Assembly: GCF_964188315.1 (NCBI RefSeq)
Contig: NC_135672.1
Span: forward strand, 13,082,001 to 13,146,000
DNA: 64,000 nt
Origin: Podarcis muralis
Lineage: Eukaryota
Direction of reading: 5' to 3'
The position numbers and the translations under genes are program-made. The notes beneath the pieces are model-generated. The model made no database searches. It was not told where the DNA came from and was given only the letters and a program-made list of their open reading frames with translations. Below, in pieces: positions 1-14,830 of the stretch (its first letter is position 1; the number at the start of each line of letters is the position of its first letter).

Positions 1-2380
1 CCTTCCCCACCCATTGCGGGTGGGGTGGGGGCTTCTCTTGCCCTCCCACCCCCTCTCCGAGGCGCCCGTTCCCCCTACGGCTGTGGGATCCGAGACCGGC
101 TCCGTCCTTCCCTCCCAGCTCCGGTGGAGAATCGGGGCCTCCCCCGGGGGTCCGCTCCCCCCCCAGGCAGGAAGATCCCATTGGCCCACAGAAGCACCCA
201 GAGACACCAGCCCCCTTTGTGTGGGGAGGGGTTTGGCCAACCGCTTAGTAGCTCCAAACGGATGGGACAGATTCGGGCGCCAAGGCTTCAGGAGAGAGTC
301 GGGTCCTCGGCCGGTTCTTCTTTGGAGGAGGAGGAGGACCCAAAGGAGAGCCCCCTGTCCCTCCCCCCCCACACACACACCCCAAGAAGGACCAGATCCG
401 CGCCTTCCTTTGGGGTCCCCATCCGCCTCCATCTTGCGGGCTGAGAAGCTGGGGAAATGTGCCGCCGCAGCCTCCAGATCTATTACAGTTTTTTGTATTT
501 TTAATTTTCGCCGCCCCCCCCCATATTGTCCCCATCTGCTGTCTCCTCAGCAGCCCCCCACCCCTCCGGGACGCGACCCACCCCCTTGTGATATAGAGAA
601 ATGTAGATATATATAGGAGATTTTATATATGTATATATCTGGGGGTGAACGTGCCGAAGGACCTTGCCTCTGAGCGCTGCCCACTGCGAAAACGTAAATC
701 CGCCGGCCTCGTGTGTCGCTCTTGTGTGTGTGTGTTTGTGTGTGTATATATATATATTTACTCCCTAAGATCTGGAAATGAAAGAGCGATTCTTGTGGTT
801 AGAATCTCAAGCTTCTGCCAAACAAGAAAGAAAGAGGTTAAAAAGTCTGTTTCTCTCTCGCTCTCGCTGCAAATTCTTGCTTCTCAAATATAGGGGGCAC
901 GGGTAAATGCAATTCGCTTCTAGAGTGTGGCGTTTTGGGGCTGCAAGAAATACGTGTGCAGGCACCCCCCCCCCAAAAAAAAACCAACACTCCCAGGGGT
1001 GGGGTCTTAATCCTGCACCCATTTCTCTGTGTGTTTGTGTGCGAATGAGAGAGAGAGAGTTTTCTTCAGTTTCCTTTCCTGTTGGCAGAATCAGCCACGG
1101 TTTTTGGTTGACCCCGGAGGGGGAGCGTGGGGCTCCCTTTTAGCACCCCAAAACTACTCCTAGCCCCCCCCCCCCGGGGAGAGGGATGGGCAAGGCTGCC
1201 GCTTGTGGGGAGGGGCGGCCAAACCCAGACAGGGCTTCCTCCGTCTTGGGGGGGGGGGGCACGGCGCAAAATGTGCCAGAATGTGCATTTAGAGTGGGGG
1301 GCATATAGAGCTATCCTGCACCCCTCTTTACAACCCATGGGGAATCCTGGGAACTGCAGTTCGTGGGGGGCGCTTTGCAAGGGTGGGTGCTTGCGTCCGT
1401 CAGTCCTTCAATTCGGGTCCCCCACCTAGGAGCTTTCTTCGGTCATGGGGGACCCTCCAAATCGCCCCCCCCCCGGCTCCCAATCCGGTTGTCGCAGGGT
1501 TTTGGTATTAAATGGACGCCCCCCCCCCTTCCCAGTTTCTCCTCTTGTGTTTTCCACACTCTCGCACCCCCCTGCCACCCCAAGGCACTCATCTTGTGGC
1601 TCTTAATATCCACGCCGTCGTACCCCCCCCCCCACTTCATTTCATGTGGGACGCAAACCGGCTGCTATCTCTCTTCTCCTCTGCCTGCCCCCCTCCGCCA
1701 GGAACTCTTCTCGGCTGCTTCCAAGTCCTCCTTAGAGTAGACCCATTGGCTCAAGCGGTCTCTTGCTTGCAGAGCTCCCTTCTTAAACAAAGTTTAAAGT
1801 CTTTACATTTTTTGGTGGAGGAGAAATCGTTCTCTTTCATTTCCTCTCCTCCCTTGGTTGCTTCTCTCTGTTTTTTTTTGGGGGGGGGGGTTGAGCAACT
1901 GTGCCCCCCCCCCGGACCTCAGGCACCAGAAAAGTCACTCCTGTGCATCAAATTGAGCTTAGGGGTCTCTCCAAGGGGGCAGAGGGATTTGGAACAGTGG
2001 GGAGGGAGAGAGGGGTTTTTTTTGGGGGGGGGAGAGATGTGTGTGTGTGTGTTGCTGCTGCTGCAAGGGGAACCAAGAAGCCCCCCCACCCCGTCACCCG
2101 GCACATCCTTTGGACCTCGGCCACGCTGCCCCCCCCCACTCCCCCCCCACCAGGAGATCGGCTGATGATGTATTATATATCCAGACATGTACATGACTGT
2201 ATCTATGCTCTTGGAATTACCCTATAGCAAAGGGGGTGGGGGGGGCAGCGGGGAGGAGAGAAGGTTTGCCGGGAGGGAGGGGAGGGAATGTTTGAATTTT
2301 AACCCATGCTCTGTGTTTTATTGTTTAATATAAGAGAAATGTTATTGTTTAATATAATAAATGAAAAAGTTACTTATTTT
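1..2380 (+). other. Probable 3' terminal exon/3' UTR of an upstream + strand gene (EPS15L1 is a candidate by synteny only)
   Basis: UTR-like low-complexity and U-rich blocks, AATAAA at 2356-2361 preceded by TGTTTAATAT repeats, and no convincing ORF. Human EPS15L1 lies convergent to KLF2, but the identity is not shown by this sequence. Confidence 0.4.
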
Positions 2381-3061
2381 GGAGCATCCGAGACTCTGGG
2401 ATGGCTCTCTCTCTCTCTTTCCCTTCTTTTTTTGGGGGGTGGGGGGGTCGGGAGCTGAGTGGGTCGGACCTGCTCATATTTCTGCCCCCCTATGTTTGGG
2501 GTCTTCCTCCCGGCGGTTCCGGGGTCCTATACGGCCACAGAGAGTCTCCCCTCTCCTGTCTCTAGTCCTCCTCTGTTACAGGGAGGGGGGGCATGGAAAA
2601 TGGTCCTCCATGCAGAGGCACACGCCCCCCCCCACCTGCTCCTCCTCTGGGGGTGACCTGGACCCCTTGACCTCTGCCCCACCGGCTTTCCTGGCTCTTT
2701 CCAGTTGCCCACAAGTGGGGCTGACTTCAGAGGAGCTCCCTGTTCCCCATCTCCAGCTACACTGGAGGAAAGAGGCTGGTGGGAACTTCGCAGGAAGCAC
2801 TGGGGAGGGCTGGCTGCCACCCCCACCCCACCCCACTTAACTCCAGCCCCCTTGGACATTGTACACCAGCGGCCCACCACATTTTCCAGACACCTTCGTG
2901 GTGAGGTTTGGGCAGCCGTGAGGGCAGGGAGAAAGCCATCGGGGAAACCCCTGGGGTTGTAAACAGCCGAGTTACGTCGGCGCTTATAGAATCGCCAAAT
3001 GGCATAGTTGATAAGGGACCCCCAGGGGTCATCCATTCCAACCCCCCTGCAATGCAGGAAT

Positions 3062-3870
3062 GTTGTGCGGATGCCCGATGGTCGCCTTCCAAAGCAGCAA
3101 CTCTATTCCGAACTTTAAAATGGAAAGTGTAATGCTGGTGGTCAACCAAGAAGGTTCAAAGACTCTCAAGGAAAATCTTTTAAAATGTAGTATAAACACC
3201 GACAAAAGGGACGCGGGTGGCGCTGTGGGTTAAAGCCTCAGCGCCTAGGACTTGCCGATCGAAAGGTCGGCGGTTCGAATCCCCGCGGCGGGGTGCGCTC
3301 CCGTCGTTCGGTCCCAGCGCCTGCCAACCTAGCAGTTCGAAAGCACCCCCGGGTGCAAGTAGATAAATAGGGACCGCTTACTAGCGGGAAGGTAAACGGC
3401 GTTTCCGTGTGCTGTGCTGGCTCGCCAGATGCAGCGATGTCACACTGGCCACGTGGCCCGGAAGTGTCTCCGGACAGCGCTGGCCCCTGGCCTCTTGAGT
3501 GAGATGGGCGCACAACCCTAGAGTCTGGCAAGACTGGCCCGTACGGGCAGGGGTACCTTTACCTTTATAAACACCGACAACTGGGAAATGCTGGCCTGTG
3601 AGCGCTCCAGTTGGAGAACAGCCTTGACCAAAGGTGTCCTGGGCTTTGAAGACACTCGAACTCAGGACACAAGGGAGAAACGTGCTAAGAGGAAGGCGCG
3701 CTTGGCAAATCCACACCGGGATCAACTCCCGCCCGGAAACCTATGTCCTCACTGTGGAAGGACGTGTGGATCCCGAATTGGCCTCCACAGTCACTTAGGG
3801 ACTCATTGTTAAAATCGTGTTTATGGAAGACAATCTCACTCGGCTACGAGGGATCGCTGAAGAAGAAGAA
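3062..3870 (+). mobile_element. 5'-truncated RTE-clade LINE 3' fragment with C-terminal CCHH zinc finger and (GAA)n tail
   Basis: Translation LACERSSWRTALTKG...CPHCGRTCGSRIGLHSHLGTHC; GAAGAAGAA tail; TSD tgcaggaat at 3053-3061 and 3871-3879; second copy at ~34650-35165. Confidence 0.8.
3206..3565 (+). mobile_element. Full-length Sauria SINE inserted in the RTE fragment
   Basis: tRNA-like head gggacgcgggtggcgctgtggg...ggttcgaatcc; (ACCTTT)n tail; 15-bp TSD tataaacaccgacaa at 3191-3205 and 3566-3580. Confidence 0.92.
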
Positions 3871-3890
3871 TGCAGGAATCTCAGCTAAAG

Positions 3891-4018
3891 CAGTTGGTTG
3901 GAGCATGGTGCCAAGGAACCAGCCAAGGCTGCAGGTTCGATACCCGCATGGGGGCAGCTGCATTGCAGGGGTTTGGACTAGATGATGCTGTGGGGTCCCT
4001 TCCAACTCAACAGTTCTG
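3891..4018 (+). mobile_element. tRNA-derived SINE with CR1-like tail
   Basis: B-box-like ggttcgatac followed by gcattgcaggggtttggactagatga...cccttccaactc. Confidence 0.7.
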
Positions 4019-6383
4019 TCCCTGAGAGGTGACTGTCTGACCTCTGCTTAAAAACCAGAAACCTCCAAGGAACGGAGACCACTTTCGGAGGGAGTTCGAT
4101 GCACCTTGCAGGAGGTCGAGGGCGCACCTTGAAGCCAGCGGCATTTGAAGAAGGCGGGGAGGGCAAATGATGGTGTGTGTTTGTGTGTCCCCAAGTCTCC
4201 CGGTCCCTGAGCCGCCCCCTTCCACCCCCAGGCCTGCCCCTTTGGGGTTTGGCCTCTCCGCTTGCTGTTGAACCTGTGCGCTGCGGTCGGAACGGGAGCC
4301 GGAAAGGGCCGAGGCCATTGCAACAACAATCGGAGCCCATCATCGCCGCCGCGCTTCCTGCGCCCGCGCTCGGAGCTGCAACCAAGTTGCGCAACCTCGG
4401 CTTTCTGCAGAATCTGGAGCCGCGGGGTTGCTTCCTCCACGGCTCTCCTCTTCTTCCTCCTCCTCCTCCTCCTCCTGCTGGCCAACTTTGCAGGACTGCC
4501 CTCCTGCCCCCTTTCCAGAAATGACAGCGTTTCGCTTTTTTCGTTGCTTATTTCGGCAACGGCCTTTAAATAGCTCCCCAGTCATTTTCTGCAAAGCGGT
4601 CTCTCATTGCGGGGAGAGCTAATTCGGGCAAACCTTTTTTTGGTGAACAACAACCGACACCCCCCCCCCCCCCCGCCGCTCCATGCAAATAGCGAGAGCC
4701 TGTTTTTTCCTTTCTCCGCGCTGCCCGGTTAACCCGTGAACCTTCCTGGGCTCACCTTCCTGGGCTCACCAGGAAAGAATTTGCGGGGCGCTTCTGCCTG
4801 TGCGCAATGCGCTTCCAGAAAGAACCCTTTGCGGAGCTGGAAGAGGTCTAGAAATGGCGAGAGTCCGGAGCGACTCCCAGAGTGGGGTTGCGGGGAGGGG
4901 AGAGATTTGGAAGAACAGCGTGCGTAAAGGCGCGAGTTTAGAAGTTTTTATTCCTCTTGAGAATACTTAGAAACGCCGCCGGCTATCCAAAGGCAGGCGC
5001 AAGGAAGGGGTACCCTGTGGCATTCACTGCCCCAAACTGAAAAGGAGAATCGGATAAATTCAGGGCTGCCAATGGCTGCGATCCTCTTCGGGCAACGCGC
5101 AGCCTGTGATGCTCTGCGCACTTGCAAGAGGTGCCCGTTCCAGTTTGCAGCAGGGTCAATTTTATTCCACCTCCCACAACCTGGGGCGCGTCAGGTGGTT
5201 TTAAACTATAGCTCCTTTCCTAAACCCAAGCCTGCGCTTGCTGTTAATAGTCGAAATAATTCAGAGACAACCTGTGTGTGAGAGAGCGCGCAGCAAAGGG
5301 ATCTAAATTCTTTCCAAAGTGCCGCAGTTTTGCTGACTCTCTCAATAAGCTATATTGGGTAAGCGGCTTTGTGAGCACCTCCGAGGGCACAATCCTGCGC
5401 CTTTTGCACACACCCATTTCCCCTCTCCTCCCCCTCCCCCACCCCTGAGAAACAGAAACGAACTGCAACCTCGCTCTGCTTCTGCGCGGTTTGCTTTGCG
5501 GGAGGAGACGTTGGTTTCTTGCAAAAAGGGTTTGGTGGCGGTGGTTGTTGTTGTTTTTGCAAAAAATCTCTGCAGCCCCGCCGCGTCACCCCCTTTTTGT
5601 CTTTTTTTTTATGGCGCCGTGGAAACTGCGAGCCCAGCAATCACAAAGTGTCCAGATACAAACCCCTGGAAGGGAAATGGCGGGGGCTGATTTGCAGAGA
5701 TGCGATAAAGAGGGTCAGAAAACGACTCTCTGGAGCGTGGAGGAAGATGCGCGCCTCTCACGCAGTTTGTACGCACCGCAAGCGGGTGGCGGGCGCATTT
5801 AGGGATCTAGTTAGCGAATAAACTAACTTGTTCTGTTCCAGCGTCTCCATCCGCCACCCCCAGGTTTCGGGGAACAGCAGCAGCAGTCCTGAATCCCCCC
5901 CCCCCCTTCAAAAAAGGACTCTGCAATTACTGACATGCCGTGTTTACGTTTCACATTAAAATACCCACACGCGCGCAAAACCAGCTTGCCCACAGAGCCC
6001 GGCCGCGGGCACAGCTGCCGCAGCATCTGGAAGAGATTTCAGGGCGCTCCCGAAATAGCTGTCGAGTAAACTAAAAATGAGACTCAGATTATAGCCTTGG
6101 GTTGTTTTTGAACTGGAGAGCCGTTTCTGGGGCAAAGCATTCGCCCTGCTGCGGTCCGTGCCCGGGTCTATTTCTTGCGCGCTGAGGGCGTGGGGGGGGG
6201 GCAGGCGTAGGATTTTGGGGGAGCTGGGAGGGGGTAGGTTATGGGCACCTATCGGTCCAAGGAATAACAACAGCAACAACAACCATCTTTTTGGGCCGGG
6301 GGCTTGCACCTGCCCTCCCCCCATCCCCTCCAGGCCAAAGGATTGCTAGACAAAGAATCAGGCTTATTTTAGAAAAAAGAATC

Positions 6384-6980
6384 TTTAATATATATATTTT
6401 ATAAAAGTTTTCATTTTTCCCCCCAAAAAAGTGGACATGGGCAAGAAACGTGCCCATTTCGTCTTTCGCTTGAATCCTCCCAACACTTGTGTATAAAACT
6501 ATGTACATTATTTATGTATATATTCTTTTCTTTTCTTTTTAAAAAAAGGTCGTTTCTTCACAAGACCTCAAGCCTTGTTAAGGAGCTCTAGTGTAGGTTA
6601 AGGCAGCTGGGAGCGTTTTGCGCGAGGCGTCTCCTGCCTCCGGCGCGATCCTTCCGCGCGATCCTCAAGCCAAGCCTTCCGTTCCAGCTGATCTTCTGGG
6701 CGGTCGCAGATCGACTATTTACACCCGGACAGCCCTTTCGTCTCAAGAGCCCTATAAATTAAAACCCAGATTCTCCCTCCCGGGGTTAGGGGCAGAGAGC
6801 AGCCCGTCAGGTTTCCGCGCAGCCTCCTGGAGAGAGGCGCTGGCCGCAGCCCCCCCGTCTCCTGCTCGCTACTACGGGGGCCAGCGCAAGCCTTTCCCTC
6901 CCCGCTCATCCCAGGCGCAGGCGGACGTAGTACCAGCTACAGGATCCCGACTAAGTCCTGGAGAGTCCCCCCCTCTCTCT
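6384..6980 (-). promoter_or_regulatory. KLF2 3' UTR with Pumilio element (6500-6507) and probable ATTAAA polyA signal (6384-6389)
   Basis: Minus strand TGTACATA matches UGUAHAUA; AU-rich block; ATTAAA downstream. Confidence 0.6.
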
Positions 6981-9923
<2,943 letters not shown>

Positions 9924-9969
9924 GATCTCGGAGGCTTTTGGATGTGTCTGCCCGGCGCGGCCGGCGCCT

Positions 9970-10140
9970 TCCTTTTAAGCCGCGCCGTCGAGCGAGCAGG
10001 CCAATGGCGGGGGCGCAGGAAGCGCGTCCCGGGAAGGCAGGCGGCGGAGGGACCCGGCGCTGCTGCCTGGAGGGGGCTGGAACTGCCGCTTGGCCCGGCC
10101 CCGGGCCGGCCTAAATTTAGCCCCGCTATAAAAGGAAGGC
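9970..10140 (-). promoter_or_regulatory. KLF2 proximal promoter: MEF2 site CTAAATTTAG (10111-10120) with adjacent A/T box, CCAAT box (~10002), TATA-like TTAAAAGG (~9971-9978)
   Basis: Minus strand ccttttatagcggggctaaatttaggc resembles the mammalian KLF2 shear-responsive element as I recall it (cttatataccgcggctaaatttaggc). Lies in a CpG island at ~8600-10500. Confidence 0.85.
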
Positions 10141-11346
10141 GGTCAGCGCAGGAGAAGCAGCAGCGGTGGCGCGCAGAGAGAGAGGCCGAGCCTCCTCTCC
10201 TCCTCCTCCTCCTCCTCCTCCGGCATCGGACCTTCCCTGCTCGGCTGCAGATCCCACAGCCCCCCCCCCGGCACTCTTCACATGCTCGGGGTACCCCTCG
10301 CTTAGCCAGCTGGCTCCTTGCGCGCTCTGCGCGTAAAGGCATTCGCTGGTCGTCTTGCGCGCCTGAGCCCCGGCACCTCTTTGGCCGGCTCCCCCCTCGC
10401 CAATAAGTCTGGGTGGCGGGCAGCACCCCCCCCGTGGGGGCTCTTGAAGCGGGTGGCCCGTTTGTTCAAGATCGGTGGGTGCGGAGCGACAAAGCGGACC
10501 CGCTGCTAATCCGGTTCCCCCGCTGACCGCGCGCCTTGCTGGTGCCTCTGAGCATGTTCAGGGTGCCTTTCCCGGGTGTACAGAGCAAAGAAAACAGCGT
10601 TTTGTTTTGTTTTAGCAGAGGGGGGTTATTATGGGATGAATGCTCCCCATGCAAGGCCGTTTTTTCCACAGCATGCAAGTCTCTCTCTCTTACACACACA
10701 ACCTATTTATTTACGCATTTATTTTCTTCCGTTTCGTATGAAACATCGCTCAGCAATTATGCAACAACATAAAACCACTTCAACGAGAATGGCACGCCGT
10801 ATAGAATACGGCTTCATAAATCATAACCATCCTGATTTACTCCTTTCCAGGAGGTGGCAGCCCCCTGACCCACTAGTGCTAATTGAGTTTGCAGTCCTCA
10901 TCTGGAAGAACTGCTATTGGATTTTCCGTGGAAAAAGCCTTCCCAGATTCCATGGGGAAAATAATATGGGCCCCAGAGGACGTGGTGAATGAGGGGGAGG
11001 AGCCCCCAGCCCCACACAAACCCTGGGTGCACCCCCAGGGTCAGAAGGGCCTGTGGCTGGGAGGCGGAGGCTTATAACAACAGCCCTGCAATACAGTTCA
11101 CACTCTTGAGTGGTTAACAACAGCCCTGCTGTGTTGTCCAGAGCTATTAGACTTCATTTACAGGCTGGAACTGAGAGCAACAACTTAGCAAGAAGCCTGT
11201 ATGATCATCAACAACAACAACAATTTAATTATCTGCCACCCATCTGTCTGTGTTGCCCCAGTCACACTGGACAGCTCCCAATGGAATATTAAAAACACGA
11301 TATGAGGTCAAAGAGTCATACAGGGCTGTCTTCTAAAAGCCATATA

Positions 11347-11587
11347 CAGTGGTATCTCGGGTTATGAACAGCCCTGTTAATGAACTATTTGGTTTACGTA
11401 CTCCGCAAAACCGGAAGTAGTGTCCCGGTTTGCAAACTTTGCCTCGGTCTACGAACTGAATCTGAATGGTGGAAGGGCACTGGCAGCGGGAGGTCTTGTT
11501 AGGGAAAGCACACCACGGTTTAAGAACGGTTTTGGTTTAAGAACGGACTTCAGGAACAGATTTGGTTCGTAAACCGAGGTACCACTG
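11347..11587. mobile_element. Tc1/mariner (Tigger-like) MITE inserted into an L2 3' fragment
   Basis: TIRs cagtggtatctcgg / cgaggtaccactg; TA TSD on both sides. Confidence 0.9.
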
Positions 11588-11822
11588 TAGTCGTTTATCT
11601 TCTTGACATCTGGTGGGAGGGCGTTACACAAGCCGGGCGCCACCACCGAGAAGGCCCTCTGCCTGGTTCCCTGTAACCTCGCTTCTCGCAGGGAGGGAAC
11701 CGCCAGAAGGCCCTTGGAGCTGGACCTCTGTGTCTGGGCAGAATGATGGGGGTGGAGACGCACCTTCAGGGATATAGGACCCAGGCCATTTAGGGCTTTA
11801 AAGGTCAGCCCCAACACTCTCT
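11588..11822 (-). mobile_element. L2-clade LINE 3' fragment (continues left of the MITE to ~11300)
   Basis: Translation VLGLTFKALNGLGP...RAFSVVAPGLCNALPPDVK, the L2 RT C-terminus. Confidence 0.85.
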
Positions 11823-11859
11823 CTTTCACTCTGTTTCTTTATTAATGCTTTATACGTTT

Positions 11860-12245
11860 AGTGCGTTTCCGAGCACAATTCAAAGGGTTGGTTCTGACCT
11901 TGAAAGCCCTAAATGGCCCTGTATCCCTGAAGGAGCGTCTCCACCCCGGACACCGGGGTCTATCTCCCAAGGGCCTTCTGGCGGTTCCCTCCCTGTGAGA
12001 AGAGAACAGGGAACCAGACAGAAGGCCTTCTTGGTGGTGGCGCCCTCCCTGTGGAACTCCCTCCCGTCAGGTGTCAAGGAAATAAACAACTGACTTTTAG
12101 AAGACGTCTGAAGGCAGCCGTGTTTAGGGAAGCTTTTCATGTTTGATGTTTTACCCTGTTTTTAATATTTTATTGGGAGCCGCCCAGAGTGGCTGGGGAG
12201 GCCCGGCCAGGTGAGCGGGGTATAAGTAATAAGTTGTTGTTGTTA
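11860..12245 (+). mobile_element. L2-clade LINE 3' fragment with tail
   Basis: Same L2 motif, ending gggagccgcccagagtggctgggg...gggtataagtaataa. Confidence 0.85.
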
Positions 12246-12365
12246 ATGCATTTCAAAAAACCATCCCGTCTCACTGCTTCCCAGTAACATAAGCTTAAAA
12301 CACACACACAGAGAGAATGTTTTCTTATATTTTGACTTTGCTCTGGCCTGTTTAAATACGGCCTT

Positions 12366-12735
12366 AAAGGTAAAGGTAAAGGTAAAGGTACCCCTGCCCG
12401 TACGGGCCAGTCTTGACAGACTCTAGGGTTGTGCGCCCATCTCACTTAAGAGGCCGGGGGCCAGCGCTGTCCGCAGACACTTCCGGGTCACGTGGCCAGC
12501 GTGACGAAGCTGCATCTGGCGAGCCAGTGCAGCACATGGAAACGCCGTTTACCTTCCCGCTAGTAAGCGGTCCCTATTTATCTACTTGCACTTAAGGGTG
12601 CTTTCGAACTGCTAGGTTGGCAGGCACTGGGACCAAGCAACGGGAGCGCACCCCGCTGCGGGGATTTGAACCACCGACCTTTTGATCGGCAAGCCCTAGG
12701 CGCTGAGGCTTTTACCCACAGGGCCCCCGCATCCC
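12366..12735 (-). mobile_element. Sauria SINE
   Basis: Reverse complement of the 3206-3565 element, with (AAAGGT)n tail. Confidence 0.9.
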
Positions 12736-13091
12736 TAATACAGCCTTACCTGGACCCTATTTCCCTGGTCGCTCTGCCCCAAAGGAGCTTCCCTGCCCTG
12801 CCCTACCGCTTCCCTTTCAGAGGACAGGTAAAACCTCAGTAATATATGGTATATATATTTGGAGGGGGCAGATGGGGGCTGGCAATGAATCTGACGAGTT
12901 CTCTCCTTCTGTGCTGTTTTGGGCTGTTGCAACATTATTCCGGTGTGGTGGGTTTTTTTGCTACGTATATGCTTGTTTTATCTCTGGACGCACCCCCTGT
13001 GAGGGCATGTTCCATCTCAGTAACACAACATTTTAACCCCTGTGTTGCAAACAATAGCCAGTAATATCCAAGGCAACACAATGACCAAATA

Positions 13092-13325
13092 CAGTGGTAC
13101 CTCGGGTTAAGAACTTAATTCATTCCAGAGGTCTGCACTTAACCTGAAACTGTGCTGAACGTGAAGCACCACTTTAGCTAATGGGGCCTCCCGCTGCTGC
13201 TGCTGCGCGATTTCTGTTCTCATCCTGAAGCAAAGTTCTTAACCCGAGGTAATATTTCTGGGTTAGCGGAGTCTCTAACCTGAAGCATATGTAACCTGAA
13301 GCGTATGTAACCCGAGGTACCACTG
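13092..13325. mobile_element. Tc1/mariner MITE
   Basis: TIRs cagtggtacctcgggtt / aacccgaggtaccactg; TA TSD; same family as 61787-62028. Confidence 0.9.
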
Positions 13326-13428
13326 TACAATGATACAATATCAATATACACTCTTGAAAACATAAAACATAAAACCAAACAAACCTTATAAATCTCTGAA
13401 AGTCTTTGAAACATAAGAATTATGTTTA

Positions 13429-13677
13429 CAGTGGTACCTCTGGTTGCAAACGGGATCCGTTCCAGAGGCCTGTTTGCAACCTGAAAGGAACGCAACCTGC
13501 ATCTGCGCGTGCGGCGATGATTCGCTGCTTCTGCGCATGCGCGTGATGTCATTTTGTGTGTCTGTGCATGCGCAAGAGGCGAAACCCGGAAGTAACCCTT
13601 TCTGGTACTTCCGGGTCACTGTGGGACGCGACCTGCAAACACTCAAACTGAAGCAAATGTAACATGAGGTATGATTG
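13429..13677. mobile_element. Tc1/mariner MITE (degenerate right TIR)
   Basis: TA|cagtggtacctctggttgc ... gaggtatgattg. Confidence 0.7.
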
Positions 13678-14335
13678 TGTTTGGTTTTATGTTTTCAAGA
13701 GAATCTATTAAGAGTGCATATTTTGTGACTTTCAGAGATTCCTAAGTTTTCTGTTTAGGTGATTTCATATATTTCGTATTATATCAAGAGTGTATATTGA
13801 TATCGTGTCGTTGTATTTGGTCGTCGTGTTGCCGTACATGTTCCATCTCAGTGACATGAAGAATCGGCGGCGCATTACTCGAGAGGAGAAGACAATCCTC
13901 TCCCAGCCACTGACAGCTGAGCTTCCCCGCTGCAAAGCGCTTGAAAGCAGTGATGCACACTTCAGAGGTTTTTGTCTTCCAGAGTTCAGAGAGAGGAGAA
14001 GGAGGGCTCCCTGCTTAACCGGCAACCCCCACGTGAGTCATGCCTTTGCAATGTCACACTTGTGCAATGCCGCCTCTTGTCAGTCGCTGCTGTGGGTGGA
14101 AAACTTCCCTTCACCAAGGAAACCTAGCTGACGCCCCTCCTGGGCGCAAGAAGGCAAGCGCCTGTGGGTGTCTTTGCGTGACGCACCAGGCCTTCTTGGG
14201 GAAGGAGAGAAAGTGTGTGCATGCTCTCCGCTTCGTGGCTACGGGTAAATATTGTGATCCTCATCATGTGCAATCTAGGGGAACCACCAGGGACTCCCAG
14301 CCTTGGTGGGGATGCGCTGTGTCCCCAGCATGACT

Positions 14336-14340
<5 letters not shown>

Positions 14341-14384
<44 letters not shown>

Positions 14385-14830
14385 TATTACTTATACCCTG
14401 CCCATCTGGCTGTTACCCCAGCCACTCTGAGTGGCTCTCAATAAAATATTAAAAACACCAAACATTAAAAACTTCCCTAAATAGGGCTGCCTTCAGATGT
14501 CTTATAAAAGTCAGATAGTTGTTTATCTCCTTGACATCTGGCGGGAGGGCGTTCCATGGGGCGGGCACCACCACCGAGAAGGCCCTCTGCCTGCTTCTCT
14601 GTAACCTCGCTTCTCGCAGGGAGGGAACCGCTAGAAGACCCTCGGGAGAGGAACCCCGGTGTCCGGGGTGGAGACACTCCCTCAGGGATACTGGGCCATT
14701 TAGGGCTTTCAAGGTCAGCACCAACACTTTTAATTGTGCCTGGAAATGTCCTGGGAGCCAATGCAGGTCTTTCAGGACCGGTGTTACATGGTCTCCACTC
14801 CCAGTCCCCAGTCTAGCTGCCGCATTCTGG
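14341..14830 (-). mobile_element. L2-clade LINE 3' fragment with (AAT)n tail microsatellite
   Basis: Translation LVLTLKALNGPVSLRECLHP...[42 protein letters not shown]. Confidence 0.88.

Larger units (their letters stand above)
2995..3890 (-). mobile_element. Short SINE-like repeat (CR1-like tail), split by the RTE insertion at 3062-3870
   Basis: gttgataagggacccccaggggtcatc...tgcaatgcaggaa resumes as tgcaggaatctcagctaaag at 3871. The uninterrupted copy at ~31200-31275 reads gcaatgcaggaatctcaactaaag. Confidence 0.6.

Noticed and set aside
14-616. 200-aa and 139-aa ORFs at the window start
   Set aside because: Pro/Gly/Arg-rich GC open frames with no recognisable domain, in UTR-like sequence.
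3206-3300. tRNA-like A/B boxes here and at about 3891, 28205 and other SINE heads
   Set aside because: They continue into SINE bodies with TSDs and tails; not tRNA genes.
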